Assembly (NCBI GenBank): GCA_029907465.1
Contig: JARYLV010000003.1
Coordinates: 71,168-135,167, forward strand
From: Methanomassiliicoccales archaeon
GTDB taxonomy: Archaea; Thermoplasmatota; Thermoplasmata; Methanomassiliicoccales; JACIVX01
Length of the DNA stretch: 64,000 bases
Reading direction: 5' to 3'
The first letter of the stretch is position 1. Each line of letters opens with the position of its first letter. Below are positions 46,627-55,978 of this stretch, piece after piece. The notes under the pieces are model-generated. The model ran no database searches. It was not told the origin of the DNA and saw nothing but the letters and a program-made list of their open reading frames with translations. Both the position numbers and the translations under genes were made by a program.

Positions 46627-47697
46627 CTACGAGACGATCTTATGCAGTAAACCTCTATCCCTCGCAATCTTAATCTCTCTCGCAATCCGCCTTCCGGTGC
46701 TCAGCTCAGGCTCAATAAGATCAGAATAAGGAGATCCAGAAATAAATGGATTTGTTCCGGCGACAATGCGCGATGAGATCTCGAAGACCTTGAATTCAAG
46801 CTTGTCTGTGACTATCGTCTCAAGGCAGAACGGACCGATCATACCTCCGAATAATTCGATTGACCGGTTGATCACACGTTCGCCCATATCGAAAATCTTC
46901 GGTAGCAGGCTTTCCCTTATGACAACGGGGACGTTACCTGTGACGACGAATGTGGGATAAAGTCCAAGCTTCTTGAGCTCTTCCTGGGCACCGAGTTTAT
47001 ACATCTCGTCGATGTTGCTCTCGTCGCGCCTATCCATCGAAAGGAGCTCAAGACTGCCCTCCGCAACCCTGTATCCATCTTCCTTTATTGGCGAATAAAA
47101 GTAGTGCAAGTAGTATCTTGTCCCGAGCACATATTCTTGAATGGTATATGGCTGACTTTCATCGATCCCGAGCTTAAAGTCTGGATAGTCCTTAGCGATG
47201 AAGAAACCACGTCCGCCCTTGGCTCCATGGTATTTAACAAGAACAGGCCTATCGATCTCCCTCGCATCACTGATCTTCCTGGGCATCTCGACACCAGCCG
47301 AAACCAGCCACTCCCTCTGCTTCTCTCTATCCGATTCCCATTTGAGAACTGCCCTGTTCCCAAAAGTCGGAACTGGAAGTTTCTCAAATTTTTCCGTCCC
47401 CATGTACTCAACAAAGGAGCCGTGTGGGACAATAATGATATTGCGGTCAATGAGTTCATCCGCCCTTTCGAGGATTTCGTCGTAACTTTCGAACCTGATA
47501 AATTCATCAGGTTTAGCTAGGGGAAAGGCATCGTAGAATTTTGTCCTTTGATTGACGGCAAGTCCGATTGTTCTAAAACCTTCGCGTCTCGCGCCATGGA
47601 AAATCTGTAGCGACGAGTGAGAGCATAATGTGGCAATAGTGATCTTACTCTTGTCGTAACCTTCGAGAATTTCACTGACCTTAGTTCTTAGTGCCAT
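46627..47697 (-). CDS. purP: FAICAR synthetase PurP (5-formaminoimidazole-4-carboxamide ribonucleotide synthetase)
   Basis: The N-terminus IATLCSHSSLQIFHGARREGF and an ATP-grasp-like remainder support the call. PurP is specific to archaea. Confidence 0.85.
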   Translation of the reverse strand: MALRTKVSEILEGYDKSKITIATLCSHSSLQIFHGARREGFRTIGLAVNQRTKFYDAFPLAKPDEFIRFESYDEILERADELIDRNIIIVPHGSFVEYMGTEKFEKLPVPTFGNRAVLKWESDREKQREWLVSAGVEMPRKISDAREIDRPVLVKYHGAKGGRGFFIAKDYPDFKLGIDESQPYTIQEYVLGTRYYLHYFYSPIKEDGYRVAEGSLELLSMDRRDESNIDEMYKLGAQEELKKLGLYPTFVVTGNVPVVIRESLLPKIFDMGERVINRSIELFGGMIGPFCLETIVTDKLEFKVFEISSRIVAGTNPFISGSPYSDLIEPELSTGRRIAREIKIARDRGLLHKIVS

Positions 47698-47783
47698 TAC
47701 TGTTTAATTCCACTTCAATGCTTAAATCTTTCCATCCCTCCTCGCTCCGTACTTACGTTAGATTGCAATCCTAAGATGAAGAA

Positions 47784-48305
47784 TTAGAGATGGCCAAATA
47801 GATTGATTCCGAATCCATAAAATAAAGCATACAAGAAGATGGCCCTCGTGATTCCTCCTAGGAAGTTCGCGAGGACAAAGTATCTCAGCTCAAGAACCAC
47901 TCCTTCTCGGTTGAAGACGGAAAAAACATAAACTGGGACTGTATCGACCATGCCGGGAATGCTGAGAAGGATGTAAAGGCCAAGGTATTTCAGCTTCTCG
48001 ACGAGAAGTTCAGACTTCTCAACGAACCATCTGAACCACCCCCATTTTTGTGACCAGTTTCTCACGCGCCCCTCAACCTTTGACCCGATAAAGAAGACAA
48101 GGATACTGCCGATAGCTTTACCAGCTCCAAGGATGAGCGCCTTCAGAAGAAAGGGGGTTTCAGGGTTAAGAATGAGACCGATCTCTACGGGGATTGGGAG
48201 AATGATTGCCGCAGATACCGCGTAAATAAAGAAAATCAAGCCATACGTGAATGGATCTGTCGAGTACTGATTCAGAAAGTGCATGAACTCTGTCCAAATA
48301 TCCAT
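47784..48305 (-). CDS. YqaA/DedA-related (VTT-domain-like) membrane protein
   Basis: The protein is 173 aa with 4-5 predicted transmembrane segments. The motif LPIPVEIGL…GAGKAIGSILVFFIG resembles COG1238-type proteins. Confidence 0.5.
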   Translation of the reverse strand: MDIWTEFMHFLNQYSTDPFTYGLIFFIYAVSAAIILPIPVEIGLILNPETPFLLKALILGAGKAIGSILVFFIGSKVEGRVRNWSQKWGWFRWFVEKSELLVEKLKYLGLYILLSIPGMVDTVPVYVFSVFNREGVVLELRYFVLANFLGGITRAIFLYALFYGFGINLFGHL

Positions 48306-48466
48306 CGGAGGGTGATTTCATTCAGATGCTAAAAACCTTCTTTAAAATCCTGTAAATGAAGACATCAAGGGCTTATAACTGCGGTGAAAGAGTCCCCTAA
48401 TCCAGCAGATAACACACTTAGCAACATTTTTAAGCAAGCAGTCCAATTACGCACTAAGGGAATACA

Positions 48467-49081
48467 ATGGCGCCAAAAAATGCTGCAAAGGAGGAGGACT
48501 GGTTCGCGCAATTGGACGCCGAACTGGAACGAAAGACTGAAGCTATCAGCAAGGACCTCATGGAACTCAACAATCAAAAGAGAATGATAAACCGCACATT
48601 GATCGAAGACTTTTGGAAGATTTGGATGAGGTTTGGGAAAATCAATGTCCACTTCACCATGGAACCCTCGTATAGCGCCTTCGCCCAATTCGATGAGTTT
48701 CCTGACCAATGGCGTTTCAGAGAGGATTTCAACTTTGCAGGAGTTAACACCATACAACTCGTTGACAGGACACAGGAACAAGGAAGAATGGGCGATTCTT
48801 TGAAGATTTGGTACTACAACGAGGATTCGACGCCACACATCAGGATGGTCTTTGAATACTGCGAAGGCGAACATTACTATAAGTACTCTGGATGGAAGAG
48901 AGTCTTTGGGCAATTTATCATATACGATGCCCCTCTTGCTAAGTTCGATTTAGATAAGTTTCACGAAAAACTGGCAGACGTTGTTAAGGCGTGGTACGAA
49001 TCACATCTCCGAAGGAATAGGGACATTTTGATTAAACACCTCAAGGACAATTACGAGCGTGGCGAGACCTTTACTGAATGA
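48467..49081 (+). CDS. Hypothetical protein (204 aa), N-terminal coiled-coil plus aromatic-rich domain
   Basis: ATG 48467 is preceded by AAGGGA. The composition is protein-like, unlike the overlapping minus-strand ORF. No motif is recognised. Confidence 0.5.
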   Translation: MAPKNAAKEEDWFAQLDAELERKTEAISKDLMELNNQKRMINRTLIEDFWKIWMRFGKINVHFTMEPSYSAFAQFDEFPDQWRFREDFNFAGVNTIQLVDRTQEQGRMGDSLKIWYYNEDSTPHIRMVFEYCEGEHYYKYSGWKRVFGQFIIYDAPLAKFDLDKFHEKLADVVKAWYESHLRRNRDILIKHLKDNYERGETFTE

Positions 49082-49317
49082 ACACGATTTTGAAGCGCCA
49101 GATATCTTATCATCACTACTTTTTACCTTCTTTTGAAGTTTCGGGATTCTGATCGTATTAATTTTCTTGATGGATTTCTATTGATCAAAAGATATAGCAT
49201 GGTGAGTTGAGGTAGTTCTCACTCCCTACTTTCAATCCCCCCTGCAATAATACAATTAATGATAATTCAGATAAACCCTATTAGGAATAAGATTACGGAA
49301 AGAGATGGAGGCGTTCA

Positions 49318-50646
49318 ATGCAGAAAGAAGATCTAGCACTCCACGTAAGGGAGATTAGCCAGGCACTCAATGGGAGTGTTGATGACGATCAAATTATGAG
49401 GGAACTGAAAACGTTTATTGAAGTATACAGAGTTTCGTTAGAGACTGCAAAAAGGAGCATAATCAGAAAATACGGGGGGAACCCAGCTCTCCTCTCGGGC
49501 AGTCGAAGAAAACTTATTAGTGAGCTCACTGCCAATGAACAGAGAGTCGATCTTCTCGTCAAGGTCGTCTCCCTCAACAAGAAGGAGATCGAGGTTGACG
49601 GAACCAACAAACCGATTCTGTACGGGATATTCGCAGATGAGAGCGGTGCCGCGAGTTTCACAGCGTGGGATGCTGATCGATTCAATTTTAATAAAGGGGA
49701 CGTTCTGCTCATTCGAAATGCCTACACTAGGGAATGGAATGGAGAGCCACAAATCAATCTTGGAAACAAGGCAATCGTTGAGCGACAAGATGCCGTTTCA
49801 GTTGACCTATCAAACATAGAACTCCCATATTCTGCCGAAACAAAACAGGTGAAAATCGGTGAACTCCAGGACGGTATGAACAATGTCACGGTCACTGGTC
49901 GCATTCTTTCGGTGGAGAAGAGAGTTGTTGATACGCCCGATGGTTCAAAGACTGTATATTCAGGCGTCATGGCAGATGCGACAGGAAAAACCCAGTTTTC
50001 TGCATGGCACAACTTTGAACTCAAACAGAATGATGTGGTCACTGTAAAGGGTGCCTACGTCCGAGGGTGGCGGGGGATCCCGCAGCTCAATTTTGGTGAG
50101 CGTGCCGAGGTCAACAAGTTCTCTGGAACTTTTCCGTCCGTGATTGAACTCTCCCAGCCCGTCCTGAGAACAATTGCCGATATCGAGAGGATTGGTGGTG
50201 GAATTGATATTCTAATAAAGGGCGTCGTCGTTGATGTGCGTGATGGATCAGGATTGATTTTCAGATGTCCCACCTGCAAGAGGGTGATCCAGAGGAATCT
50301 CTGTAAGATTCACGGCGCTGTTCAACCTTTGCCGGATCTCAGGATTAAAGCGGTTATCGATGACGGTGAGTCTGTTCTCACAGCAATCATCAATAGAAAA
50401 ATTACCGAGTCCCTACTAGGGATTACGCTCGATGAGGCGATGAAAAAAGCAAAAGAGATGATGTCTCCCGAAATTGTGAGGGAAGAGATCGAAAGTAAAT
50501 TGATTGCCCAGCCCGTTGAGATCTCTGGAAATGTCACAAAAGATGAATATGGTCTCATGATGATCGTTGGATCAGCCCGGATCGCGTTACCCGATGTGAA
50601 AGCAGAGGCGACAACCTTACTATCAGAACTGGAGGGGTTATCATGA
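49318..50646 (+). CDS. rpa: Replication protein A large subunit (multiple OB folds plus zinc finger)
   Basis: Repeated OB-fold-like segments are present (…GAASFTAWDADRFNFNKGDVLLIRNAYTREWNGEPQINLG… and …TGKTQFSAWHNFELKQNDVVTVKGAYVRGWRGIPQLNFG…). The zinc finger is C-x2-C-x8-C-x2-H (CPTCKRVIQRNLCKIH). Confidence 0.75.
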   Translation: MQKEDLALHVREISQALNGSVDDDQIMRELKTFIEVYRVSLETAKRSIIRKYGGNPALLSGSRRKLISELTANEQRVDLLVKVVSLNKKEIEVDGTNKPILYGIFADESGAASFTAWDADRFNFNKGDVLLIRNAYTREWNGEPQINLGNKAIVERQDAVSVDLSNIELPYSAETKQVKIGELQDGMNNVTVTGRILSVEKRVVDTPDGSKTVYSGVMADATGKTQFSAWHNFELKQNDVVTVKGAYVRGWRGIPQLNFGERAEVNKFSGTFPSVIELSQPVLRTIADIERIGGGIDILIKGVVVDVRDGSGLIFRCPTCKRVIQRNLCKIHGAVQPLPDLRIKAVIDDGESVLTAIINRKITESLLGITLDEAMKKAKEMMSPEIVREEIESKLIAQPVEISGNVTKDEYGLMMIVGSARIALPDVKAEATTLLSELEGLS

Positions 50647-51527
50647 TCTCAAGGGAAGTCGCATGGAGGACATTCGCAGCAGAATATAACGCATCGAGTC
50701 TTGAAGTCAAGGGAGAGGGGGAGAGGGTACCGTCCTACGTGATCACACCGCTGGGCGCGATGATCAATAGACTCTTTGTTGTTGGTGTCCTCACAGATAT
50801 TGAAAACACAGGTACTGAAGAAGAGCCTTTCTGGAAAGCAAGGATTACCGATCCAACGGGAACATTCTACATTTCGGCTGGTCAGTACCAGCCAGAGGCG
50901 GCCATAGCACTGGCTAGAATTAAGCCGCCGGAATTTATTGCAGTAGTGGGGAAGAGCAGAACATATTCGCCAGAGGAGGGGGCACTCTACGTATCGATCA
51001 GGCCCGAGAAAGTGACGGTTGTCGATGAGAAGATTCGCGACTACTGGATACTCGAAACATGCAAGTCCACGCTCAAGAGAATATCTGCGGCTGAGGAAGC
51101 AAGGCGTATGGAAAATCCAACGGTCGAATCTCTCATGAAGCTCGGCTTCTCGAGGTTGCTTTCAGAAGGTGTAGTAAGAAGCGTCGCTCACTATCAATCA
51201 GTTGACTTTGAGAAATACAGGGCCGTAGTTATTGATGCATTGAGGTATCTGCTACCAGAATACCAAATGGAAATTCCCGAAACGCCAGTAGAGCTCCCCG
51301 AAGAAATCGATGAAGAAGGAAACATCGATAATATCGATAATGAAGAAAAGGTTTTGGCGATTATCGACCGCCTTGACAAAAAAGGAAAAGGGGCGCCATG
51401 GGATGAAATTGTTGAAGAGGCGAGGAAAGAAGGGATCGAAAAAGATGAACTTGAAGAGATTACGAATTCTCTTCTCGATAAAGGAATGATCTACGAACCC
51501 ATTTTAGGAAAAATGAAAAGGATATAA
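50643..51527 (+). CDS. Replication protein A second subunit (RPA32-like: OB fold plus C-terminal winged helix)
   Basis: There is a 4-nt start/stop overlap with the upstream RPA gene. An OB-like core (LFVVGVLTDIE…ARITDPTGTFYISAGQYQPE) is followed by an acidic linker and a C-terminal helical domain. Confidence 0.6.
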   Translation: MISREVAWRTFAAEYNASSLEVKGEGERVPSYVITPLGAMINRLFVVGVLTDIENTGTEEEPFWKARITDPTGTFYISAGQYQPEAAIALARIKPPEFIAVVGKSRTYSPEEGALYVSIRPEKVTVVDEKIRDYWILETCKSTLKRISAAEEARRMENPTVESLMKLGFSRLLSEGVVRSVAHYQSVDFEKYRAVVIDALRYLLPEYQMEIPETPVELPEEIDEEGNIDNIDNEEKVLAIIDRLDKKGKGAPWDEIVEEARKEGIEKDELEEITNSLLDKGMIYEPILGKMKRI

Positions 51528-51551
51528 AGGAAAAGGTTTCAGAGCAATCAC

Positions 51552-52088
51552 TCAACTGAATTCGTTCCTTGACATCGCGATGAGGATGAGTCCCACGAGG
51601 CCCAATATTGAGCCAATGAACCATGGCCCAACGGTCAATAATGCGAGGACACCACCGACGATCGCAAATCCCCATTTTTTCCTCCTTATCGCGAAGACGC
51701 CACCGACTAAAGCAATCAGACCGATGATAAACCAGATTACTCCACAGGCGACCAAAGCGCCTTCGACGGCGCTAATGACGTCAGGGCCATACATATCCTG
51801 TAGCATCTCTTCAATCTCGCCAGAAAGCGCCGCAAGAATAAGTCCCATGACGATACCGATAAGCCCCGAGATAATAATCAAAGCCCCACCAACTACTGGC
51901 TTGGACGTCATTTGCCTAGCACCAACGGGAGCTGCCTGCGGAGGAGCCTTCTGCGGTGCTGCCGCCTTAGCAACCTCGGGTTTTATGACATACCCGCAGT
52001 AAGGACAGACGTTGGCGTCCATCGGGACCGCGTGGCGACAACTCGGACATGTTGCATCGATGATCTCATCATATGGACGTTCCTCCAT
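51552..52088 (-). CDS. Zinc-ribbon membrane protein
   Basis: The N-terminal zinc-ribbon CPSCRHAVPMDANVCPYCG is followed by a Pro/Ala linker and 3-4 predicted transmembrane segments. ATG 52088 is preceded by GGAGG. Confidence 0.6.
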   Translation of the reverse strand: MEERPYDEIIDATCPSCRHAVPMDANVCPYCGYVIKPEVAKAAAPQKAPPQAAPVGARQMTSKPVVGGALIIISGLIGIVMGLILAALSGEIEEMLQDMYGPDVISAVEGALVACGVIWFIIGLIALVGGVFAIRRKKWGFAIVGGVLALLTVGPWFIGSILGLVGLILIAMSRNEFS

Positions 52089-52284
52089 CCTGATACCTCC
52101 GTCGCCCAAAAGGGCAAAATGATATCTTTTTCTATCTATTTATAGTACTTCATTCAGCACAACAAATCCCCTTCGAGATTACCAATTCTGAACGGTACGG
52201 GAATCTTTCGAAACGGCGTGATTCCAGTGACCTGATGATAATAAAGAAATGCTAATTATTACTGTCTACATTAGTGGTTCGAAA

Positions 52285-53100
52285 TCACTTCGTCACGACG
52301 ATCGCACCGTAACCCACGACCTCTCTCATCGGATAGACATCACCAGATGTCCCATACTTGAGCAATCGGGCTTCATTCCCCTTCGCAGCTTCGAGCATCG
52401 CCATTACGGGACCATAGCCGCACATCGAAACGTCCCTTCTAATCACAACGTCGTAAACCCCTCTTGGGTTAAGCGCTAGGATTTGATTGATGACTTCCAT
52501 ATCTTTCGCTTTTGCTTCATGTGCGGGTACGTAGTGCGAAAAATCGCTTGATGCAATGATGATGACGTCCATGCCTTCAATCGCCTTCCGCAATTCCTTC
52601 GCAGTCTCCATTGCTGTCTCATAATCTTGCAAAGCCATGCATATCGGAAGGATTTTCACTTCATCGGAGAAGAATTGAATAAACGGCAGTTGCACTTCGA
52701 TCGAATGCTCGTACTGGTGAGCGATCGGGTCTACACTCATTACACGCTCTAGCCTCTTCAATAGGTCTCGATCGAGCTTACATACACCTAGGGGCGTTTC
52801 AAAGTCTTCACCTGCAACCGCCACCGCGCTTCCAATCGCGTGGTGGTTAGGGCCAATAATCACAAAGGTCTTTGGGAACCCGTCGCGGGCGATTGCCGCA
52901 TAAACGTGCGCGGCAATAGGGCCGGAGTAAACATAACCTGCGTGGGGCACGACGGCCCCAATGATCTTTCTTTCACCATCACGTGAGAGCTCTGGAATCG
53001 AACCTGGGCCAAGAGATGAAAGAAAACATTTTCTAATTTCCTCTCTCAATTCCCTTTCCTTTCCTGCGTAAAATTTCCCCGCAACGGCAGGATATCTCAT
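52285..53100 (-). CDS. MEMO1-family protein (AmmeMemoRadiSam system protein B)
   Basis: The motifs are RYPAVAGKFY and VVPHAGYVYSGPIAA, followed by HSIEVQLPF and a later SSDFSHY. Confidence 0.85.
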   Translation of the reverse strand: MRYPAVAGKFYAGKERELREEIRKCFLSSLGPGSIPELSRDGERKIIGAVVPHAGYVYSGPIAAHVYAAIARDGFPKTFVIIGPNHHAIGSAVAVAGEDFETPLGVCKLDRDLLKRLERVMSVDPIAHQYEHSIEVQLPFIQFFSDEVKILPICMALQDYETAMETAKELRKAIEGMDVIIIASSDFSHYVPAHEAKAKDMEVINQILALNPRGVYDVVIRRDVSMCGYGPVMAMLEAAKGNEARLLKYGTSGDVYPMREVVGYGAIVVTK

Positions 53101-53173
53101 ATTAACGAAATGATGCGCGCTAGATTATTTCAAAGTTTTGAGTTTAAAAAAATGCCAACCAATCCACTATGTC

Positions 53174-53785
53174 TCAGAGGCTCGCTTCGAAATCATCGAT
53201 TGTCAGCTTGAAATCTGAATCTCTTTCGATCATTTTCTTTTCCTTCAACGTCTCTCTGGTCAAAAGCCAGTAGACGCACGCGAGAGCTCTCCGTCCCTTA
53301 TTGTTTGTCGGGATGACGAGGTCGACATTTCTTGTTTCGTTGTTGGCGTCGCAAAGAGCGACGATCGGGATCCCTATGTTGAGAGCCTCAGCGACAGCTT
53401 GCTGATCCGCGGCAGGATCTGTGACGAAAAGAACTTCCGGTTCAATGTATTGAGGAAGCGCGGGATTCGTCAAGCTGCCAGGTACGAAGCGACCAGGGAT
53501 GACCTGCGCGCCAATCGCTTTTGCGAAGACTCTAGCTGGCTTTTGCCCATATTGCCGTGCAGAGACTACAACGATCTTGTCGGCGGGGAATCTCGAAAGG
53601 AATTTCGCTGCCACCCTGATCCTTTGATCAGTTTGCTTCACATCAAGAACATACAGACCGTCTGATCTCACTTTGAATATGAATGGCTTCATGTCTGCGC
53701 TTTTCTGCTGCGTTCCGATGTGAACTCCCGATGTGAGATAGATATCCTCAGAGACTAGAAGCCCTGTATTCGTTTCCTCCGTCAT
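53174..53785 (-). CDS. rps2: 30S ribosomal protein S2 (uS2)
   Basis: The motifs are GVHIGTQ… and [26 protein letters not shown]. The protein is 203 aa. Confidence 0.9.
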   Translation of the reverse strand: MTEETNTGLLVSEDIYLTSGVHIGTQQKSADMKPFIFKVRSDGLYVLDVKQTDQRIRVAAKFLSRFPADKIVVVSARQYGQKPARVFAKAIGAQVIPGRFVPGSLTNPALPQYIEPEVLFVTDPAADQQAVAEALNIGIPIVALCDANNETRNVDLVIPTNNKGRRALACVYWLLTRETLKEKKMIERDSDFKLTIDDFEASL

Positions 53786-53794
53786 CGCAAACCC

Positions 53795-53968
53795 TCATGT
53801 ATCTCTTTTGACAGTCAGTGGGATAACCCCTTTCTCAAATTCCAGCATAGCAATTTGAATCGGATCAATGACGTTTTCAGGAATGTCGATGAGAACGGGC
53901 GCACCGAGGGAGATCTGCAGAGCCCTTGCTCCAATGATGCGCGCCTTCTCAAATCTTGTATATTTCAT
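53795..53968 (-). CDS. rpoK: DNA-directed RNA polymerase subunit K (Rpo6)
   Basis: [27 protein letters not shown] begins at ATG 53968 and gives a 57-aa protein. The longer track ORF (to 54106) adds an implausible Cys/Ser leader. Confidence 0.85.
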   Translation of the reverse strand: MKYTRFEKARIIGARALQISLGAPVLIDIPENVIDPIQIAMLEFEKGVIPLTVKRDT

Positions 53969-54093
53969 AAAGTCACCATGCCGGGATTTCCCCCATATTG
54001 ATGGGGGCCTTATAAAACTTTTGTAGCGAGCCTCATTATCTTCTGACACGCTGGCTATGTATCTCCCCGTGCCGATTTCCGTGGAGCTCGACA

Positions 54094-54600
54094 TCAGGCA
54101 ACACACCTCCCGAGCTTTGCTCTCATGTATGGTACGAGACCTCCCTTCTCTAAGATGTCAACAAGGAAGTCCGGGAGCGGATTGAATCTGATGCGAGTGC
54201 CATCAGGTTCCCTCAAGATAAAACCACCCCTTATGTCAAGAGTAATGACGTCCCCTTTATTCAAAATGCGATGAGCATCCGGACAGATAACGACAGGGAG
54301 ACCGATATTGATCGCGTTTCTAAAGAAAATTCGTGCAAAACTGGCAGCGACTATGGCCCCTACCCGCTTCTCTTTGAGAACCGCTGGTGCCTGTTCTCTA
54401 CTTGACCCACACCCAAAATTCCGACCAGCAACGATAATATCGCCTGGCTTGACCCCAATTGTGAATGTCGGATCGAGGTCTTCAAATACATGGGCAGAAA
54501 GAGACTTCATGTCGTATTCATCAAGATATCGACCTGAGATGATAAGGTCTGTGTTGATATGATCGCCGTACTTCCATACACGTCCCTTGATCATCGTCAC
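54094..54600 (-). CDS. Aconitase-family dehydratase small subunit (LeuD/HacB-type)
   Basis: The swivel-domain motif is [15 protein letters not shown]. The start overlaps the large-subunit stop by 4 nt. Isopropylmalate versus homoaconitate specificity cannot be decided by eye. Confidence 0.8.
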   Translation of the reverse strand: MTMIKGRVWKYGDHINTDLIISGRYLDEYDMKSLSAHVFEDLDPTFTIGVKPGDIIVAGRNFGCGSSREQAPAVLKEKRVGAIVAASFARIFFRNAINIGLPVVICPDAHRILNKGDVITLDIRGGFILREPDGTRIRFNPLPDFLVDILEKGGLVPYMRAKLGRCVA

Positions 54601-55847
54601 ACCGTCCTTGGATCCGTAATCTCACCTTTGAGCGCGCTCGCAGCAACCGTCTCTGGGCTCGCAAGATAAATTTCCGCATCTGGGCTTCCCATTCTTCCCC
54701 TGAAATTTCGATTTGTTGTCGAGATGCAGCGTTCTCCTGCCGCGAGAACGCCCTGGTGTGCGCCGAGGCAAGGACCACATCCGGGATTCAAAACGATTGC
54801 GCCTGACTTAACGAGCGACGCCAGAATCCCACTTTCCGCCGCTGAGAGATAGACTTCCCTCGATGCAGGTGCGACGATGAATCTCACAGATTCGCTCACT
54901 TTCCTCCCATTTAAAATCTTAGTCGCTGCCATGAGGTCTTCCAATCGACCGTTCGTGCAAGACCCGAGGAGGGCTTGGTCGATGGGTGTCCCAGCCACTT
55001 CTTCAACAGGAACGACATTATCGACAGAGTGGGGCTTTGCAATCTGGGGAGAAAGGTCAGAAACATCGAATTTCTCCATTTGCACATTTGCTGAGTCGTC
55101 CGAACGAACAACTTCAAATGATCTATCAGATCGACCTGATAACCAATTCTCGGTCTTCTTATCCGGAAAGACGACACCGATTTTAGCTCCCATTTCCATA
55201 CTCATGTTAGACAAAACCATTCTCGAATCAACAGACATTCGATCAACACAATCGCCAACGAATTCGACGGCCATGTAATTTGCGGCCTCAGCACCAAGCG
55301 TACCGATGATATTTAAGATCACATCCTTAGCTGAAACACGATCGGGCATTTGTCCATCGATGCGAATTCTCAATGTTTCAGGCACCCTGAACCAGAGTTC
55401 TCCCGTTGCCCAAACTGCGGCCATCTCGGTCGCTCCGATCCCCGTCGCAAAAGCACCGAAGGCACCGTAGGTCGTCGTATGAGAATCCGTACCGACAATG
55501 AGCAAGCCTGGCAAAACATGACCTTTCTCTGGAAGAACCTGGTGACAGACTCCTTCATTCACATCATAGAAATTCCGGATCTCCTCTTTCTTTACAAATT
55601 CCCTAACGGATTTGTGACTTTCTGCTGTTTTGACAGTATTCGCCGGCACACGATGATCAAATAGAATAACGATTCTTTCAGGATCCCAGACCTTTGCCGC
55701 ACCTATTTCCCTAAAGGCCTTGATCACGAGGGCAGTATTCTCATGCGACATTGCGAGATCAATTCTCGCATTTACAATATCACCTGGCTCAACCCGTCGG
55801 CCGCACGCTCGGGAAAGGATCTTTTGGGCAAAGGTCATTGAGGCCAT
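54597..55847 (-). CDS. Aconitase-family dehydratase large subunit (LeuC/HacA-type)
   Basis: The motifs are GTDSHTTTYGAFGAFATGIG, GSCTNGRLEDL and NPGCGPCLG (Fe-S ligands). The start is probably ATG 55847 or ATG 55838. Confidence 0.85.
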   Translation of the reverse strand: MASMTFAQKILSRACGRRVEPGDIVNARIDLAMSHENTALVIKAFREIGAAKVWDPERIVILFDHRVPANTVKTAESHKSVREFVKKEEIRNFYDVNEGVCHQVLPEKGHVLPGLLIVGTDSHTTTYGAFGAFATGIGATEMAAVWATGELWFRVPETLRIRIDGQMPDRVSAKDVILNIIGTLGAEAANYMAVEFVGDCVDRMSVDSRMVLSNMSMEMGAKIGVVFPDKKTENWLSGRSDRSFEVVRSDDSANVQMEKFDVSDLSPQIAKPHSVDNVVPVEEVAGTPIDQALLGSCTNGRLEDLMAATKILNGRKVSESVRFIVAPASREVYLSAAESGILASLVKSGAIVLNPGCGPCLGAHQGVLAAGERCISTTNRNFRGRMGSPDAEIYLASPETVAASALKGEITDPRTV

Positions 55848-55978
55848 GCAGAAAGAGAAGCATCTGTATCTTATATGGCTATTTCTGAAGTTCTGCGTCA
55901 ATTGTCGAACATCATATACGATAATTTAAAAAGATATATTGCGGTTACCACAAGACTCATAGTACCGGAGGAATCCAT

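Noticed and set aside
48365-48913. A 182-aa minus-strand ORF overlaps the 204-aa plus-strand hypothetical gene.
   Set aside because: Neither ORF has a recognisable family. The plus-strand product has protein-like composition, a coiled-coil-like N-terminus and an AAGGGA ribosome-binding site. The minus-strand product is Leu/Val/Ser/Phe-rich, like an antisense translation. The choice remains only moderately certain.
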